Below, one piece after another: positions 26,280 to 36,782 of a stretch of 64,000 bases of DNA (positions are counted from its first letter, which is position 1; each line of letters starts with the position of its first letter). The stretch is from an uncultured Pseudomonadales bacterium (GTDB lineage Bacteria; Patescibacteriota; Microgenomatia; UBA1400; PJMF01). The notes below the pieces were generated by a model that worked only from the letters and a program-made list of their open reading frames with translations, ran no database searches and was not told the origin of the DNA. The stretch is taken from contig CAZYNM010000006.1 of the NCBI GenBank assembly GCA_964648715.1, positions 15,355 to 79,354 of the forward strand. The letters run 5' to 3'. The translations under genes were made by a program, and so were the position numbers.

Positions 26280-29200
26280 TCACTGTAATAAGTCCTGAAT
26301 TTCTGCTTCTAGGAGGGGCGTCCATGCCACGGTATACGGTAGGAGCATTCGTTGCGGTGTTGCCCCATTGGGGATGAGGATCACAATACTCTCGTCGCCG
26401 GGATTTGATTTGAGAAGTTTACCCAATTTTTCCAATGTTTCCTTACTGGCATGACGAGGGATAAATAGCTCACGATCTGCCGTGTGGACTCCCGGACCTT
26501 CTTCTAGATCGCTTGGGATAGTAATTTTTTCAATTATGAGCTGCATCTCTTCTTCACGTACATCAACTTTGGCTTTTACCAACACCACTGAATCATTTTT
26601 GAATAAAGCCCCAAACTCGCCATATCCTCGGGGGAATAGTACCACAGGGATACTGCCTGTTTGGTCTTCTAGGGTGCCAAAAGCCATGGTGCTGTTGCTC
26701 TTCTTGGTCTGCACAGTACGAATGTTGGACAGTACGCCACCAAATAAGAAGACTTGCTCGCGGTGAATATCTGCATCAAGTTCTTCAACTGTTTTGTTGG
26801 CACGTTTTGCTACTGCGTTTAGTGCGTGTGCCATGGGATGATCTGTGAGATACAAACCGAGTAGTTCTTTTTCAAATGAAAGCAGCTCTTGTTTGGGATA
26901 CTCTGCAATAAGGGGAAAAGTATCCTTGAGTTCCCGTGCTGTTGTTTCACCGCTAAAGAGTGAGTCTTGGCCTTCAGTATCCGATTCAAGTTTGCTAGCT
27001 GTTTGGCGAATGCTTTCTAGGTTTTCCAGCATACTAGAGCGCGTGCCAAATGCGTCCATCGCACCCACTTTGATAAGGGTTTCGATAGTGGTTTTGTTGG
27101 CTTTGCGACCATCAGTTTCTGCCAAGAATTGGGTAAGTGACTGAAAGGAACCCAAGCGTTGGCGTGTCTCAAGTATTGAAGTAATAGCAGCCTCTCCTAC
27201 ATGTTTGATAGCATTGAGGCCAAAGCGTACACTGAGGCCTTCAAGAGATTTATCTGATGGCTCTAAAGAAAAATCTTGATTTGATTTATTAATATTGGGC
27301 GGCAACACAATGATACCCATTTGTTTGCAGGTTTCTACTGCTTGCGCCACTTTCACGTCACGCGTTTGGGCTCCAGATCCAGATTCCACACTCATAAGTG
27401 CAGTCATGTACTCTACGGGATAGTTGGCTTTAAGATACGCTGTTTGATAAGAAATCATAGCGTAACTTGTGGCATGCGCTTTGTTAAAACCATAGTTGGC
27501 AAATGCTTCAATAAAGCCCCACACTTTCTCTGCCACTTCTTGGCGATAGCCTTTTTCCACTGACTGTTCGATGAATCGTTTCTTGTTTTCATCAAGTAGC
27601 TTCTTCTTTTTCTTTCCAATTGCGCGGCGCAGAATGTCTGCTTCACCCAAAGAATACCCAGCCATTACATTGGCAATCTGCAGAATCTGCTCTTGATACA
27701 CCATCACTCCATACGTTTCTTCCAATATGGGGCGTAATGATTCATCTGGGTACTGGATTTTGTCTGGACTGTGTTTACCTTCAATAAACTGAGGAATAAG
27801 GTCCATTGGACCTGGCCGGAACAGTGCCACCATAGCGGTGATGTCGGAGAACTGGTTGGGGCGTAAGGTGCGGGCAACGCGTCGCATACCTGCCGATTCA
27901 AGTTGAAAAACCCCAAAGGTCTCACCACTAGAAAGAAGGTCAAAGGTTTTCTTGTCATCAAGTGGAAGCTTATCAAGATTGAGCTGCACTTGTTTGGTTT
28001 GTTGCAGCAAATCTAAAGTGGTTTGAATAATAGATAGGTTACGCAAACCCAAAAAGTCAAACTTAAGTAAACCAATAGCATCATCTGATACGTTGCAGTC
28101 AAGAGCATACATGTCGTACTGAGTGATGGTCTTACCTGTTTTGGAATCACGCTGAATGGGGGTGTATTCAACAATTGGTTTCTCGGTAATAACCAGTGCA
28201 GCCGCGTGGACAGAGGAGTGGCGGACAACACCTTCTACCTGTGAAGCGAGATCGATGAGTTCTTTGTACTTGGGTTGCTTATAGTACTCTGCGAGATCTG
28301 TGACGGTCTCAAGCGCTTGTTTAAGGGAGGTCTTTTTGCCTGGATCATTGGGAATGAGTTTAGCAATTTTATCGGGGTCTTCGTATGGTAACCCCAACAC
28401 GCGACCAATGTCTCGAATAGAAACACGAGCTTCCATACGCCCAAAGGTAATTACGTGACCTACGTGGTCATCTCCATATTTTTGGGCGACATATTCGATG
28501 ACTTTTTCTCTGGTAGTGTCGGCAAAGTCAATATCGATATCAGGAGGAGTGGGACGTTGTGGATTAAGAAAACGTTCAAACGCAAGGCCATGAGCAATGG
28601 GATCCACCGTCGTAATGTTGAGTGCATAAGACACGAGTGACCCTGCAGCCGAGCCGCGACCTGGACCCACGCTTACTTTGTGTGTCTTAGCCCAGTTTAC
28701 AAAGTCTTGAGTAATAAGGAAGTATGCGGCATAGCCTTTTTGGATAATGACATCCATTTCATACTCAAGCCGCTCCTTGAGCGCAGGCGTAACCTCGAGG
28801 TATTTTTTGCGCAACCCTTCCCAACTCATTTTTTGGAACATGGACTCGGTAGTTTCACCTTGTGGGAGTGGAAAATGTGGAAAAGTAAGTTTACCTGTGG
28901 GAATTTCAATAAAACATGACTCAGCGATTTTTACGGTGTTTTCTATAGCTTCTGGATACTCATGGAAGAGTTCCTTCATTTCTTGGGTTGTGCGTAAGTA
29001 ATAGTCTGGTGAGTCCATCATTGTCATCCGATGGGTATCGCTCATGAGCTTGCGCGTTTGCACGCACAAGAGGGCATCTTGGGCGCGGGCGTTTTTTTGT
29101 TCTACATAGTGCACATCATTGGTGGCCACCAACGGCAGATTATGTTTACGTGCCAGCTTAACTTGTAGTTTAGTGAGTTCAGCAAGTTCTTCAACGGCTG

Positions 29201-29738
29201 GGTGGATTTGGAGTTCCACGTAGTATCTATCTTTGAACACTGCTTTGTACCTGAGCAGTTCTGCTTCAGCCTGTTCAAGTTTGCCATCTCTGAGGTACTT
29301 ATTGAACCAACTGTTCATACAGCCAGTGGTGGCAATAACTCCCTCACTATGTTCAGCCAACAGCTCGAAATCAATGCGTGGTTTGTAGGAAAATCCCTCC
29401 AGATTACCTGCAGAAACAAGAAACATAAGGTTCTGGTATCCGGCAAAATTTTGCGCCAGCAACGTGAGGTGTGCTTGGTCCCCGCCCATCTTGGTTTGTT
29501 TGTCAAAGCGGGATTTTTCGGCAATGTATGCCTCTACTCCAATGATTGGTTTAATTTCTTGTTTTCGGCATTCATTGTAAAAATGCAGTGCTCCATACAT
29601 GCCGCCGTGGTCGGTGAGCGCTAAAGCTGTCTGACCTAGCTCTTTGGCTTTGCTTACCAGAGGGCCCAACTTACACAGGCCATCGAGCATGGAATACTCA
29701 CTATGCACATGCAAGTGGACAAAATCGGCGTTTGACAT
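26280..29738 (-). CDS. dnaE: DNA polymerase III alpha subunit.
   Basis: PHP domain (FVHLHVHSEYSMLDG), polymerase core and OB-fold. 1152 aa. Confidence 0.95.
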   Translation of the reverse strand: MSNADFVHLHVHSEYSMLDGLCKLGPLVSKAKELGQTALALTDHGGMYGALHFYNECRKQEIKPIIGVEAYIAEKSRFDKQTKMGGDQAHLTLLAQNFAGYQNLMFLVSAGNLEGFSYKPRIDFELLAEHSEGVIATTGCMNSWFNKYLRDGKLEQAEAELLRYKAVFKDRYYVELQIHPAVEELAELTKLQVKLARKHNLPLVATNDVHYVEQKNARAQDALLCVQTRKLMSDTHRMTMMDSPDYYLRTTQEMKELFHEYPEAIENTVKIAESCFIEIPTGKLTFPHFPLPQGETTESMFQKMSWEGLRKKYLEVTPALKERLEYEMDVIIQKGYAAYFLITQDFVNWAKTHKVSVGPGRGSAAGSLVSYALNITTVDPIAHGLAFERFLNPQRPTPPDIDIDFADTTREKVIEYVAQKYGDDHVGHVITFGRMEARVSIRDIGRVLGLPYEDPDKIAKLIPNDPGKKTSLKQALETVTDLAEYYKQPKYKELIDLASQVEGVVRHSSVHAAALVITEKPIVEYTPIQRDSKTGKTITQYDMYALDCNVSDDAIGLLKFDFLGLRNLSIIQTTLDLLQQTKQVQLNLDKLPLDDKKTFDLLSSGETFGVFQLESAGMRRVARTLRPNQFSDITAMVALFRPGPMDLIPQFIEGKHSPDKIQYPDESLRPILEETYGVMVYQEQILQIANVMAGYSLGEADILRRAIGKKKKKLLDENKKRFIEQSVEKGYRQEVAEKVWGFIEAFANYGFNKAHATSYAMISYQTAYLKANYPVEYMTALMSVESGSGAQTRDVKVAQAVETCKQMGIIVLPPNINKSNQDFSLEPSDKSLEGLSVRFGLNAIKHVGEAAITSILETRQRLGSFQSLTQFLAETDGRKANKTTIETLIKVGAMDAFGTRSSMLENLESIRQTASKLESDTEGQDSLFSGETTARELKDTFPLIAEYPKQELLSFEKELLGLYLTDHPMAHALNAVAKRANKTVEELDADIHREQVFLFGGVLSNIRTVQTKKSNSTMAFGTLEDQTGSIPVVLFPRGYGEFGALFKNDSVVLVKAKVDVREEEMQLIIEKITIPSDLEEGPGVHTADRELFIPRHASKETLEKLGKLLKSNPGDESIVILIPNGATPQRMLLPYTVAWTPLLEAEIQDLLQ

Positions 29739-29750
29739 CTGGGAACTATC

Positions 29751-31088
29751 CTACCGTGTGGCAAGCACTTTGCCAATGGCATCTCTGAGAGTTGTTTGAT
29801 CTGGCTTTGCTCCCGAAAGTGCGCGCATGGTTTGGCCAATGATAAAGCCCATCACTTGTACCTGACCAGCCTTATACTTGGCTACTACATCAGGATTGGC
29901 ATCAAGAACTGTGATAATTGCTTTTTCTAGGGTATCAGAACTAACCATGTCTGTGTGTTGAGTGTCAGCAAATGCTTTTAGAACTGTCTCTATTGGCAGT
30001 GAAACATCAAAAGGAATGCGCTTGTTGTGGATGCTACTGGCCACTTTGTTTACATCAACTTTGGCTTTTGCCGCCTCTGCAAATACTTGTTCAAGTATAT
30101 CTGCCTCTGCTTTTTCTGCAGCCAATGGTTCAGCAAAGCGCCCTTCGATGCCGTAGCTTGTGTGCCAACGTGCTGCACGAGCATCAGGCAGTTCTGGCAG
30201 CTCAGAACGCCAGGCTTCTATTTGTTCAGCCGAGAATGCCAATGGAGGAATGTCTGGGTCTGGGAAGTAACGATAATCTGCGGCATCTTCTTTCGTGCGC
30301 TGAGAGAATGTTTCTCCCTTGGTGGCATTGAATCCTCGCGTTTCTTGCGGGATTATTTGAGCGGAATCCAAGAGCTCCGCTTGGCGTTTAATCTCAAATT
30401 CAATTCCTTGTTCAAGATAGCGGAATGAGTTGATGTTCTTGAGCTCTACTTTATATGCTGGGTATCCTGTTGTACCCTGCTCTCTAAGTGAGATGTTTGC
30501 TTCCAGACGCATCCCGCCCTGCTCCATGTCACATTCAGCAATGCCCAGCGTGCGGATAATTTGTCTTAACTTTTTGGTATATTCCTTAGCCTGTGCTGCA
30601 GAAATGATGTCTGGCTCGGTGACAATTTCAATGAGCGGCACACTGCTTCTATTGAAATCTATCAAGGAAACCTTGTGACCATCTATTGTTTTGTGCAGGA
30701 GTTTCCCTGTATCCTCTTCAAGATGAATGCGACGAATACGCACCACACCCTGGGAGGTAGTGATACTACCATCGTAGCAAAACGGCAAATCATACTGACT
30801 AATCTGGTAGCCTTTGGGGAGATCAGGATAGAAATAGTGCTTGCGATCAAATTTAGAAAAAAGATTGATTTTACAGCCTAGGGCCAATCCAAGTTTTATT
30901 GTCCACTCAATGGCTGTTTTATTAGCTACTGGTAGTGCTCCAGGCATGCCCAAACACACAGGACAGGTGTAACAGTTGGGGTGTGGTGCATGAAATGGAT
31001 CATTTTTACAACTACAAAACATTTTGCTTTGTGTTGCAAGTTCGGCATGAACTTCCATGCCACAGACGAGCTCGTAGTTCTTATGCAT
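29751..31088 (-). CDS. gatB: Asp-tRNA(Asn)/Glu-tRNA(Gln) amidotransferase subunit B.
   Basis: YELVCGMEVHAELATQSKMFCSC GatB N-terminus. True start is the M at 31088, overlapping the gatA stop. The longer ORF-track extension was rejected. Confidence 0.9.
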   Translation of the reverse strand: MHKNYELVCGMEVHAELATQSKMFCSCKNDPFHAPHPNCYTCPVCLGMPGALPVANKTAIEWTIKLGLALGCKINLFSKFDRKHYFYPDLPKGYQISQYDLPFCYDGSITTSQGVVRIRRIHLEEDTGKLLHKTIDGHKVSLIDFNRSSVPLIEIVTEPDIISAAQAKEYTKKLRQIIRTLGIAECDMEQGGMRLEANISLREQGTTGYPAYKVELKNINSFRYLEQGIEFEIKRQAELLDSAQIIPQETRGFNATKGETFSQRTKEDAADYRYFPDPDIPPLAFSAEQIEAWRSELPELPDARAARWHTSYGIEGRFAEPLAAEKAEADILEQVFAEAAKAKVDVNKVASSIHNKRIPFDVSLPIETVLKAFADTQHTDMVSSDTLEKAIITVLDANPDVVAKYKAGQVQVMGFIIGQTMRALSGAKPDQTTLRDAIGKVLATR

Positions 31089-32463
31089 GTGTCCTCCAGG
31101 TATTCCAGGGCGTTGCACGTTCATATGCATCTGCAACTTGAATGATGACGTCTTCACGGAAAAACGGTGCCATGATGTTGAGTCCCAAAAATAGATTGGT
31201 GTGCTCATCTCGATAACAAGGCACAGAAATACCCGGTAAACCCGTAATAGAACTTGGCTCTACCAGCATGTCCTCTAGTTCACCAAACATAGCGGCACCT
31301 TCTGTTGCACCAAGCTTTTTGGCAAATGAGGGAGATGTTGCACTAATTAAACAATCATACCTTTCAAACAATCGTGAGAAGTCCTCACGGTAGAGTGTGC
31401 GTACCTTTTGAGCAGTAGTATAGTAGGCATCTGCATAACCCTTAGACAATGTGAAAGTACCCAGCATAATGCGTCGACGTGCTTCATCACCAAACTGAGA
31501 ACGATCTGCTCCATAGCGAATTCCGTCAAATCGTGCAAGATTACTAGAAACTTCTCCACGCTGTATGATGGTGTATACGCTGATAGCATAGTGTGGGTCT
31601 AATGCTTTCACGTTTTCCACGTGAGCACCTAGGTCGCTGAGCACTTGAGCTGCAGTAGCAATCTTGGCTGCTGTGTCTTCCATACCTTCTAAGTCGTTAT
31701 ACAAAATCCCAATCTTGAGACCTGCAATACTTTTCCCCAGTGTGGCGGTGTAGTCAGGTACAGGAGCTGACGAGGTTGTTCCATCCAATGGGTCATGTCC
31801 AGCCAGATGATTGAGCAGAACTGCAGCATCTTCCACTGTCTTGGTGATTGGTCCAGGTGAATCTGTTGAGGATGCCATAGCGATGATACCGTTTCGGCTG
31901 ACTCGTCCATAGGTTGGTTTGAGTCCGACAGTTCCACACCAAGCAGCTGGTTGACGAATTGATCCAGCAGTTTCTGTACCAATTGCAGCAATGCAGGTAT
32001 CTGCCGCAATAGCAGCTGCACTTCCTCCCGATGAACCTCCCGGTAGATATTCACTGTTACGAGGATTGAGTGTACGTCCATATTGAGATGTCTCAGTAGA
32101 AGAGCCATGTGCCCAAGCATCCATATTTGTTTTCCCGATACAACTGCCACCAGCATGGCGAATTTTCTTTATAATTGTCGCATCATATGCGGGAACAAAG
32201 GTATCAAGTACTGTGGATGCTGCTGTCGTGCGTGTTCCTTGAGTACACACGTTGTCTTTGATGGCAAGTGGTGCACCGGCTAGCGGTGTGTCTTGATTTA
32301 CCTGTACATTACTGTCTGTGCGAGTAAGGTAGATGTTACACTCTTTTGTTTGTTCATGTGTTTCTTCAAGTGCAGTAACAACTTCATCACGGCTAAAGGT
32401 CTTTGTGCTAATACCGTCTATATATTGCTTGAGGGTGAGGTGAGCGAGACTACTCATTATCAA
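31081..32463 (-). CDS. gatA: Glu-tRNA(Gln) amidotransferase subunit A (amidase signature).
   Basis: GGSSGGSAAAIA amidase-signature region. 460 aa. In the gatCAB order. Confidence 0.9.
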   Translation of the reverse strand: MIMSSLAHLTLKQYIDGISTKTFSRDEVVTALEETHEQTKECNIYLTRTDSNVQVNQDTPLAGAPLAIKDNVCTQGTRTTAASTVLDTFVPAYDATIIKKIRHAGGSCIGKTNMDAWAHGSSTETSQYGRTLNPRNSEYLPGGSSGGSAAAIAADTCIAAIGTETAGSIRQPAAWCGTVGLKPTYGRVSRNGIIAMASSTDSPGPITKTVEDAAVLLNHLAGHDPLDGTTSSAPVPDYTATLGKSIAGLKIGILYNDLEGMEDTAAKIATAAQVLSDLGAHVENVKALDPHYAISVYTIIQRGEVSSNLARFDGIRYGADRSQFGDEARRRIMLGTFTLSKGYADAYYTTAQKVRTLYREDFSRLFERYDCLISATSPSFAKKLGATEGAAMFGELEDMLVEPSSITGLPGISVPCYRDEHTNLFLGLNIMAPFFREDVIIQVADAYERATPWNTWRTHA

Positions 32464-32758
32464 GTACCCTTTCTACAACAAAATAGCCTTGATGTGTATG
32501 CTGTGCATTGGCAAGAGCTTGTTCTTGTGAAAATGAATAACCCTGTGGTGCACTGTCCTCACGCAAAATATTAGTAAGGCCAGTTACCTGATGCGTTGGC
32601 TCAACTTTTGAGATATCAAGTTCTTTGAGGTTTTCGATGACAGCTAACGTGTCTTCAAAAGCTGATTGTAGCTTTTGAACTTGGCTTTCTTGAAGAGGCA
32701 GTGCAGCCAAGGTAGCAACTTTCTCTACTAGGGTTGTGGTAAATGTATGCTGTTTCAT
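32450..32758 (-). CDS. gatC: Asp/Glu-tRNA amidotransferase subunit C.
   Basis: ~100-aa protein from the MKQHTF start, overlapping the gatA start. The ORF-track N-terminal extension overlaps htpX and was rejected. Confidence 0.7.
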   Translation of the reverse strand: MKQHTFTTTLVEKVATLAALPLQESQVQKLQSAFEDTLAVIENLKELDISKVEPTHQVTGLTNILREDSAPQGYSFSQEQALANAQHTHQGYFVVERVLDNE

Positions 32759-33672
32759 ACGTTTCTTGCTATTCCTCTTAATGCTGCAATACGTTCTGCG
32801 ATGGGCGGATGTGTGGCAAACAGCCCTGCAAACCAACCGATGGTATCATGACGGTTCTTGAGGGGATTTGCAATATACAGGTGAGCAGTAGCTTTGTTGG
32901 CAGCTTCAAGTGGCTCGCGGTCGCTACTTATTTTTTCTAAGGCGCGTGCCAATCCTTCTGGATTTTTGGTCATCGCCACACCAGTTGCATCGGCCAGAAA
33001 TTCACGACGTCGTGAAACAGCGAGCTGTATAAGCTGGGCAACTATTGGCGACACGAGTGCTAAGATCAATCCTACAACAAACAGCAATGCTCTTATTTGA
33101 TCTGGCCCTCGATCATCATCTCGAGAATTGCGCCCAAACGCGCTCATACGCAACACCCAGTCTGCAAGGAGTGCAATCATGCCAACTAAGACGGTCACAA
33201 TGGACATCAGACGAATATCGTAATTTTTAACATGTGCTAATTCGTGGGCCACTACACCTTCAAGTTCATGCCGTGAAAGGCGTGAAATGATACCCGTGGT
33301 AGCAACGACTGCAGCATGCTGTGGGTCCCGACCTGTGGCAAAAGCGTTGAGTGCGGTGTCATCGATCACATAGAGTTTGGGAACAGGAAGCTGCTGGCTG
33401 GTAGCCAAGTTCTCTGCAACAGTGTAGAAGTCAAAAAATTCTTCTCGGGTAGCTGGACGAGCATTTGAAACAGACAAAATAATTTTGTCAGACCACCAGT
33501 AGGAAGCAAATGACATCACAACCGAACCAATAAGTGCCATTGTCACTACATCTGGCCCGTAGCCAAAGCTATACACCATGATTGTTGAAGCAGTGGCAAT
33601 GAAAAGGACAAACCCACTCACAACGAGCCAGGATTTCCAGATGTTACTCGAAACCAACTGATAGTGTGTCAT
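32755..33672 (-). CDS. htpX: HtpX-family (M48) zinc metalloprotease.
   Basis: HELAHVKNYD HExxH motif. TM helices at the N-terminus and in the middle. Confidence 0.85.
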   Translation of the reverse strand: MTHYQLVSSNIWKSWLVVSGFVLFIATASTIMVYSFGYGPDVVTMALIGSVVMSFASYWWSDKIILSVSNARPATREEFFDFYTVAENLATSQQLPVPKLYVIDDTALNAFATGRDPQHAAVVATTGIISRLSRHELEGVVAHELAHVKNYDIRLMSIVTVLVGMIALLADWVLRMSAFGRNSRDDDRGPDQIRALLFVVGLILALVSPIVAQLIQLAVSRRREFLADATGVAMTKNPEGLARALEKISSDREPLEAANKATAHLYIANPLKNRHDTIGWFAGLFATHPPIAERIAALRGIARNV

Positions 33673-33678
33673 GCTAGG

Positions 33679-34311
33679 TTACAGATTTACTTTAACATCT
33701 TTCATCTCATCTTCTGAGACAGAAAGATGTGTTCCTGCAGCTGGCAGTGTTAAACCAGTTTCTTTAGTAAAGCCAAAGAGGCCAGCAATGATATTAGACG
33801 GGAAAACGACGAGTTTTTCATTGTAGCTTTGGGTCAAATCAATGACAGTGCGACGTGCATACATTAACTTGTCGGCAGTATCGGATAATTCTGACATGAA
33901 TTTTGTGACAGTTGCATCACCTTTGATCTCTGGGTTATCTTCAACTGCAACAGCAATTTTAGGAATAACTGACTGAATTCTATTGATAGCCTCATCGATA
34001 TCATGCACGTTTCCTGATTCAGCAGCTTGTGTTGCAGATGTTCGTGCTGCGGTCAGCATTTTAAAGATATCTTTTTCATGTTTGAGGTATCCTTTAACGG
34101 ATGACTCCAGATTGGGAATAAGGGAAGCTTGACGCTTGAGTTGATTGCCAATTTCTTGAATTGCTGCACTGATCTGAGTCTTAAGACGCTGTAAAAAGTT
34201 ATAAACACCAACCACATACATACCTATGGCAAAGATGATCCCGAGAGTTACAAGAAGCATAATGGGCATAGGTTCCTTTCGTTCTGGTGTGAGAATATGC
34301 CTAGTATACAC
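33679..34311 (-). CDS. lemA: LemA-family membrane protein.
   Basis: N-terminal TM plus LemA-like helical domain. Immediately upstream of htpX, a common pairing. Confidence 0.75.
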   Translation of the reverse strand: MYTRHILTPERKEPMPIMLLVTLGIIFAIGMYVVGVYNFLQRLKTQISAAIQEIGNQLKRQASLIPNLESSVKGYLKHEKDIFKMLTAARTSATQAAESGNVHDIDEAINRIQSVIPKIAVAVEDNPEIKGDATVTKFMSELSDTADKLMYARRTVIDLTQSYNEKLVVFPSNIIAGLFGFTKETGLTLPAAGTHLSVSEDEMKDVKVNL

Positions 34312-34515
34312 TATATCTTTCTTATGTCACCTAAGAACGTTTGTATCTATGATTTTCACATTTTTCACATGTCCTATAGCAATATGTTTCTTCAATAAGT
34401 GCTCATGTATTACAGGACTTTATTGGCATTTTTGTACAGGAGTTGGCTAGAGATTCTTGGGCTTGGCAAAGCAGAGTGGGCTTTGTATAATCTATCCGCA
34501 CATTTGAAGTGCAAT

Positions 34516-34591
34516 GGCCTCGTGGTGTAGTGGTTAACATGCTTCCCTGTCACGGAAGAGATCGCCGGTTCGACTCCGGTCGAGGTCGCCA
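34516..34591 (+). tRNA. tRNA-Asp (GUC).
   Basis: Acceptor GGCCTCG/CGAGGTC, anticodon loop CTGTCAC, discriminator G, CCA encoded. Confidence 0.85.
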
Positions 34592-34651
34592 AAAGTGCAG
34601 TGAGTTTTTTGCACACCTTTACGTTGGTTAGCTTGCCCCCTACACAATACA

Positions 34652-35362
34652 GTGAATATGGAAAAAGACAGACTTATTGCCGTTCTCACCTTCTTTTACT
34701 TAGCGCGAGTTACCTTGCTTTGGCTGTTTGTTGGGCTTGTGCTTGTTGGCAGTGGTATGTGGTTGGTGCATGGTGAATGGTGGTCTTCTCGATCACAGAT
34801 TACCGACCAGGCTGCATCCACAGAAGTTGCACGTCAATCAGGTGAACTTATCCAACCTGTCCATGAAATACCCGTAGTCAATACTCCTCTCCCAACACTG
34901 TCAACTCCTGTACTCTCTCCACAGGCTGCTGATTTAGCGGGAAAGCGTACGGTGATCGTACATGCTGGAGATAGTCTGTGGGCAATTGCAGAACGAGAGT
35001 ATGGAGATGGAAGTAAGTATACGGCACTCGCACACCTAAACGGTATTGATAATCCACGTCAATTAACAATTGGAAGAGAACTGCAGTTGCCAGAAAAGGT
35101 TGGTACAACTACTCCTGAGAGTGGCAGAAATCTTTCTTCAGAGTTTGAAAATAACTCTATAATCCATACAAATCACACAGTTCAACCTGGGGAGTGTTTG
35201 TGGACCATTGCCCAGGAACAGCTAGGTGATCCGTATCGTTGGCAAGAAATATATGAAGTCAATAGGTTTCTGATTGGCACAGATCCGAATGTAATTTATC
35301 CTACTACCATACTTGTATTACCACAGCCTCAGTCTGCTACAATGCAAGAAGTGCGGAAATAG
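34652..35362 (+). CDS. Membrane-anchored protein with two LysM peptidoglycan-binding domains.
   Basis: Two LysM repeats (HAGDSLWAIAEREYGDGSKYTALAHLNG and QPGECLWTIAQEQLGDPYRWQEIYEVN). N-terminal TM. Stop codon lies inside tRNA-Gly. Confidence 0.75.
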   Translation: MNMEKDRLIAVLTFFYLARVTLLWLFVGLVLVGSGMWLVHGEWWSSRSQITDQAASTEVARQSGELIQPVHEIPVVNTPLPTLSTPVLSPQAADLAGKRTVIVHAGDSLWAIAEREYGDGSKYTALAHLNGIDNPRQLTIGRELQLPEKVGTTTPESGRNLSSEFENNSIIHTNHTVQPGECLWTIAQEQLGDPYRWQEIYEVNRFLIGTDPNVIYPTTILVLPQPQSATMQEVRK

Positions 35363-35425
35363 CTCAGTTGGTAGAGCGTCTGCTTCCCAAGCAGAAGGTC
35401 GCGGGTTCGAGCCCCGTTTTCCGCT
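35353..35425 (+). tRNA. tRNA-Gly (CCC).
   Basis: Acceptor GCGGAAA/TTTCCGC, anticodon loop TTCCCAA, T-loop TTCGAGC, discriminator U. Confidence 0.8.
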
Positions 35426-35574
35426 CAGCAGAGTAAATGGTGTCGTACTTTCACCTACACAGATTGGGTGCAGGAAAAATTAAAGCGGGATTGTAACGAA
35501 AAGATATTCTTTAACGAAATAAAACAAGAAGTTACAAGCCGTTATGAGATGTTTTTGGATGTGTCTGGCCGCAC

Positions 35575-35934
35575 CTAGAAACCCTGTAGTTGGTTTTGGT
35601 CACCGCTGGAAACGTCTTGGAACCAGTCTTGAGTACTCAAAAAATCAGTGTGTAGTACCCGCAGTTGTTCTGGTGTAAGGGCTGTTTTTATCAGTCCAAA
35701 TACTGTAACAGTCAAGGGAAGTTTGACCGTAGCAAATACCTCGGGGCGTGTCTTCATGAATAGCTCAATAAGTGTTGCCTTTTGTTGATACGCATCCATA
35801 AGAAAAATGTGTTTCTCTCCTCTATCCATGCTGGTAGGTGTATCTACCGGAATTACTTGGATAAGCACACCTACTGGAGTCATGGCTTCTTGCATTGCTT
35901 CCCAAGCAGCCATTTCGCTTTCTGGATATTTCAT
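35575..35934 (-). CDS. Hypothetical protein.
   Basis: ORF with no recognisable motif. Confidence 0.35.
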   Translation of the reverse strand: MKYPESEMAAWEAMQEAMTPVGVLIQVIPVDTPTSMDRGEKHIFLMDAYQQKATLIELFMKTRPEVFATVKLPLTVTVFGLIKTALTPEQLRVLHTDFLSTQDWFQDVSSGDQNQLQGF

Positions 35935-35958
35935 ATGTAGGTAGTATACTCCCTCTCT

Positions 35959-36627
35959 TCAACTCGTGTGAAGTTTAAGCTGCGCAAGCTCAAGCATCAG
36001 TCTTTGTATGATGCGCGCAGTATACGTACTACCCACAGTGCCAAGTACAAGATCAAGGTAGATACTGTATTCTTGTTCAATAGGTAGCTGTGGTTGTACT
36101 ACTTGCGGGATGATTCCCCACTGACTCCAGCGAAAACGTGAAGTGTCTGCTTTGTCTATATCGTAGAAAGTATCAACAACTGACCTGTTGGCATACCTCT
36201 TTTCTCTCCCTAAGCTATGTTGTGCTATTGCATCAAGCGCTTTGGTAAGGATAGGTGGACGTACATAGAGGTGCAGGAGTCGTTCCGTTTCCACAGCAGA
36301 GGCGTATGCAGGTGAACTCTCGTCGTAGCGAATCACATCATGAAAAAGTGCTGCTAGAGAGAGTGCGGCATACGTCTCAACATCACTGCCTTTTGTATGT
36401 GCAAGATTATTGAGATGAAATACTACAGCTTGGATATGTGGCCAACCATGATCACGGTCTCCTGCAGGATAGAGTGGCTCTATTACTTTGGTGAGTGCAT
36501 GTATGCCCGGCGCTGTTTCAAGATCTGGTTTTGTATGAGCAAGCCAGTACCCTACTCTTTCAAGACCAAGCTGTGGTACGTGAGTACAATCTGGAGCACT
36601 CAGGTATTCTGAAAGCTTCTCACACAT
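35959..36627 (-). CDS. HD-domain phosphohydrolase-like protein.
   Basis: H...HD metal-binding pattern (WPHIQAV...ALFHDVIRYDE). Confidence 0.55.
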   Translation of the reverse strand: MCEKLSEYLSAPDCTHVPQLGLERVGYWLAHTKPDLETAPGIHALTKVIEPLYPAGDRDHGWPHIQAVVFHLNNLAHTKGSDVETYAALSLAALFHDVIRYDESSPAYASAVETERLLHLYVRPPILTKALDAIAQHSLGREKRYANRSVVDTFYDIDKADTSRFRWSQWGIIPQVVQPQLPIEQEYSIYLDLVLGTVGSTYTARIIQRLMLELAQLKLHTS

Positions 36628-36680
36628 AGGTGCGTACTATACCTCAGGAAACATATTTTGTATAATCAGGACGTTATCAA

Positions 36681-36756
36681 GCCGAGATAGCTCAGCTGGT
36701 AGAGCAGCGGTATCGTAAACCGCAGGTCAGGGGTTCGAATCCCCTTCTCGGCTCCA
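36681..36756 (+). tRNA. tRNA-Thr (CGU).
   Basis: Acceptor GCCGAGA/TCTCGGC, anticodon loop ATCGTAA, CCA encoded. Confidence 0.8.
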
Positions 36757-36782
36757 GAGGGAAAAAGAAAAGTAGCTGGGGT

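Noticed and set aside
29751-31208. Long N-terminal extension of the gatB ORF (ORF track start at 31208).
   Set aside because: The extension overlaps the gatA 3' end in another frame. The conserved GatB N-terminus begins at M41 (MHKNYELV), so the start was set to 31088.
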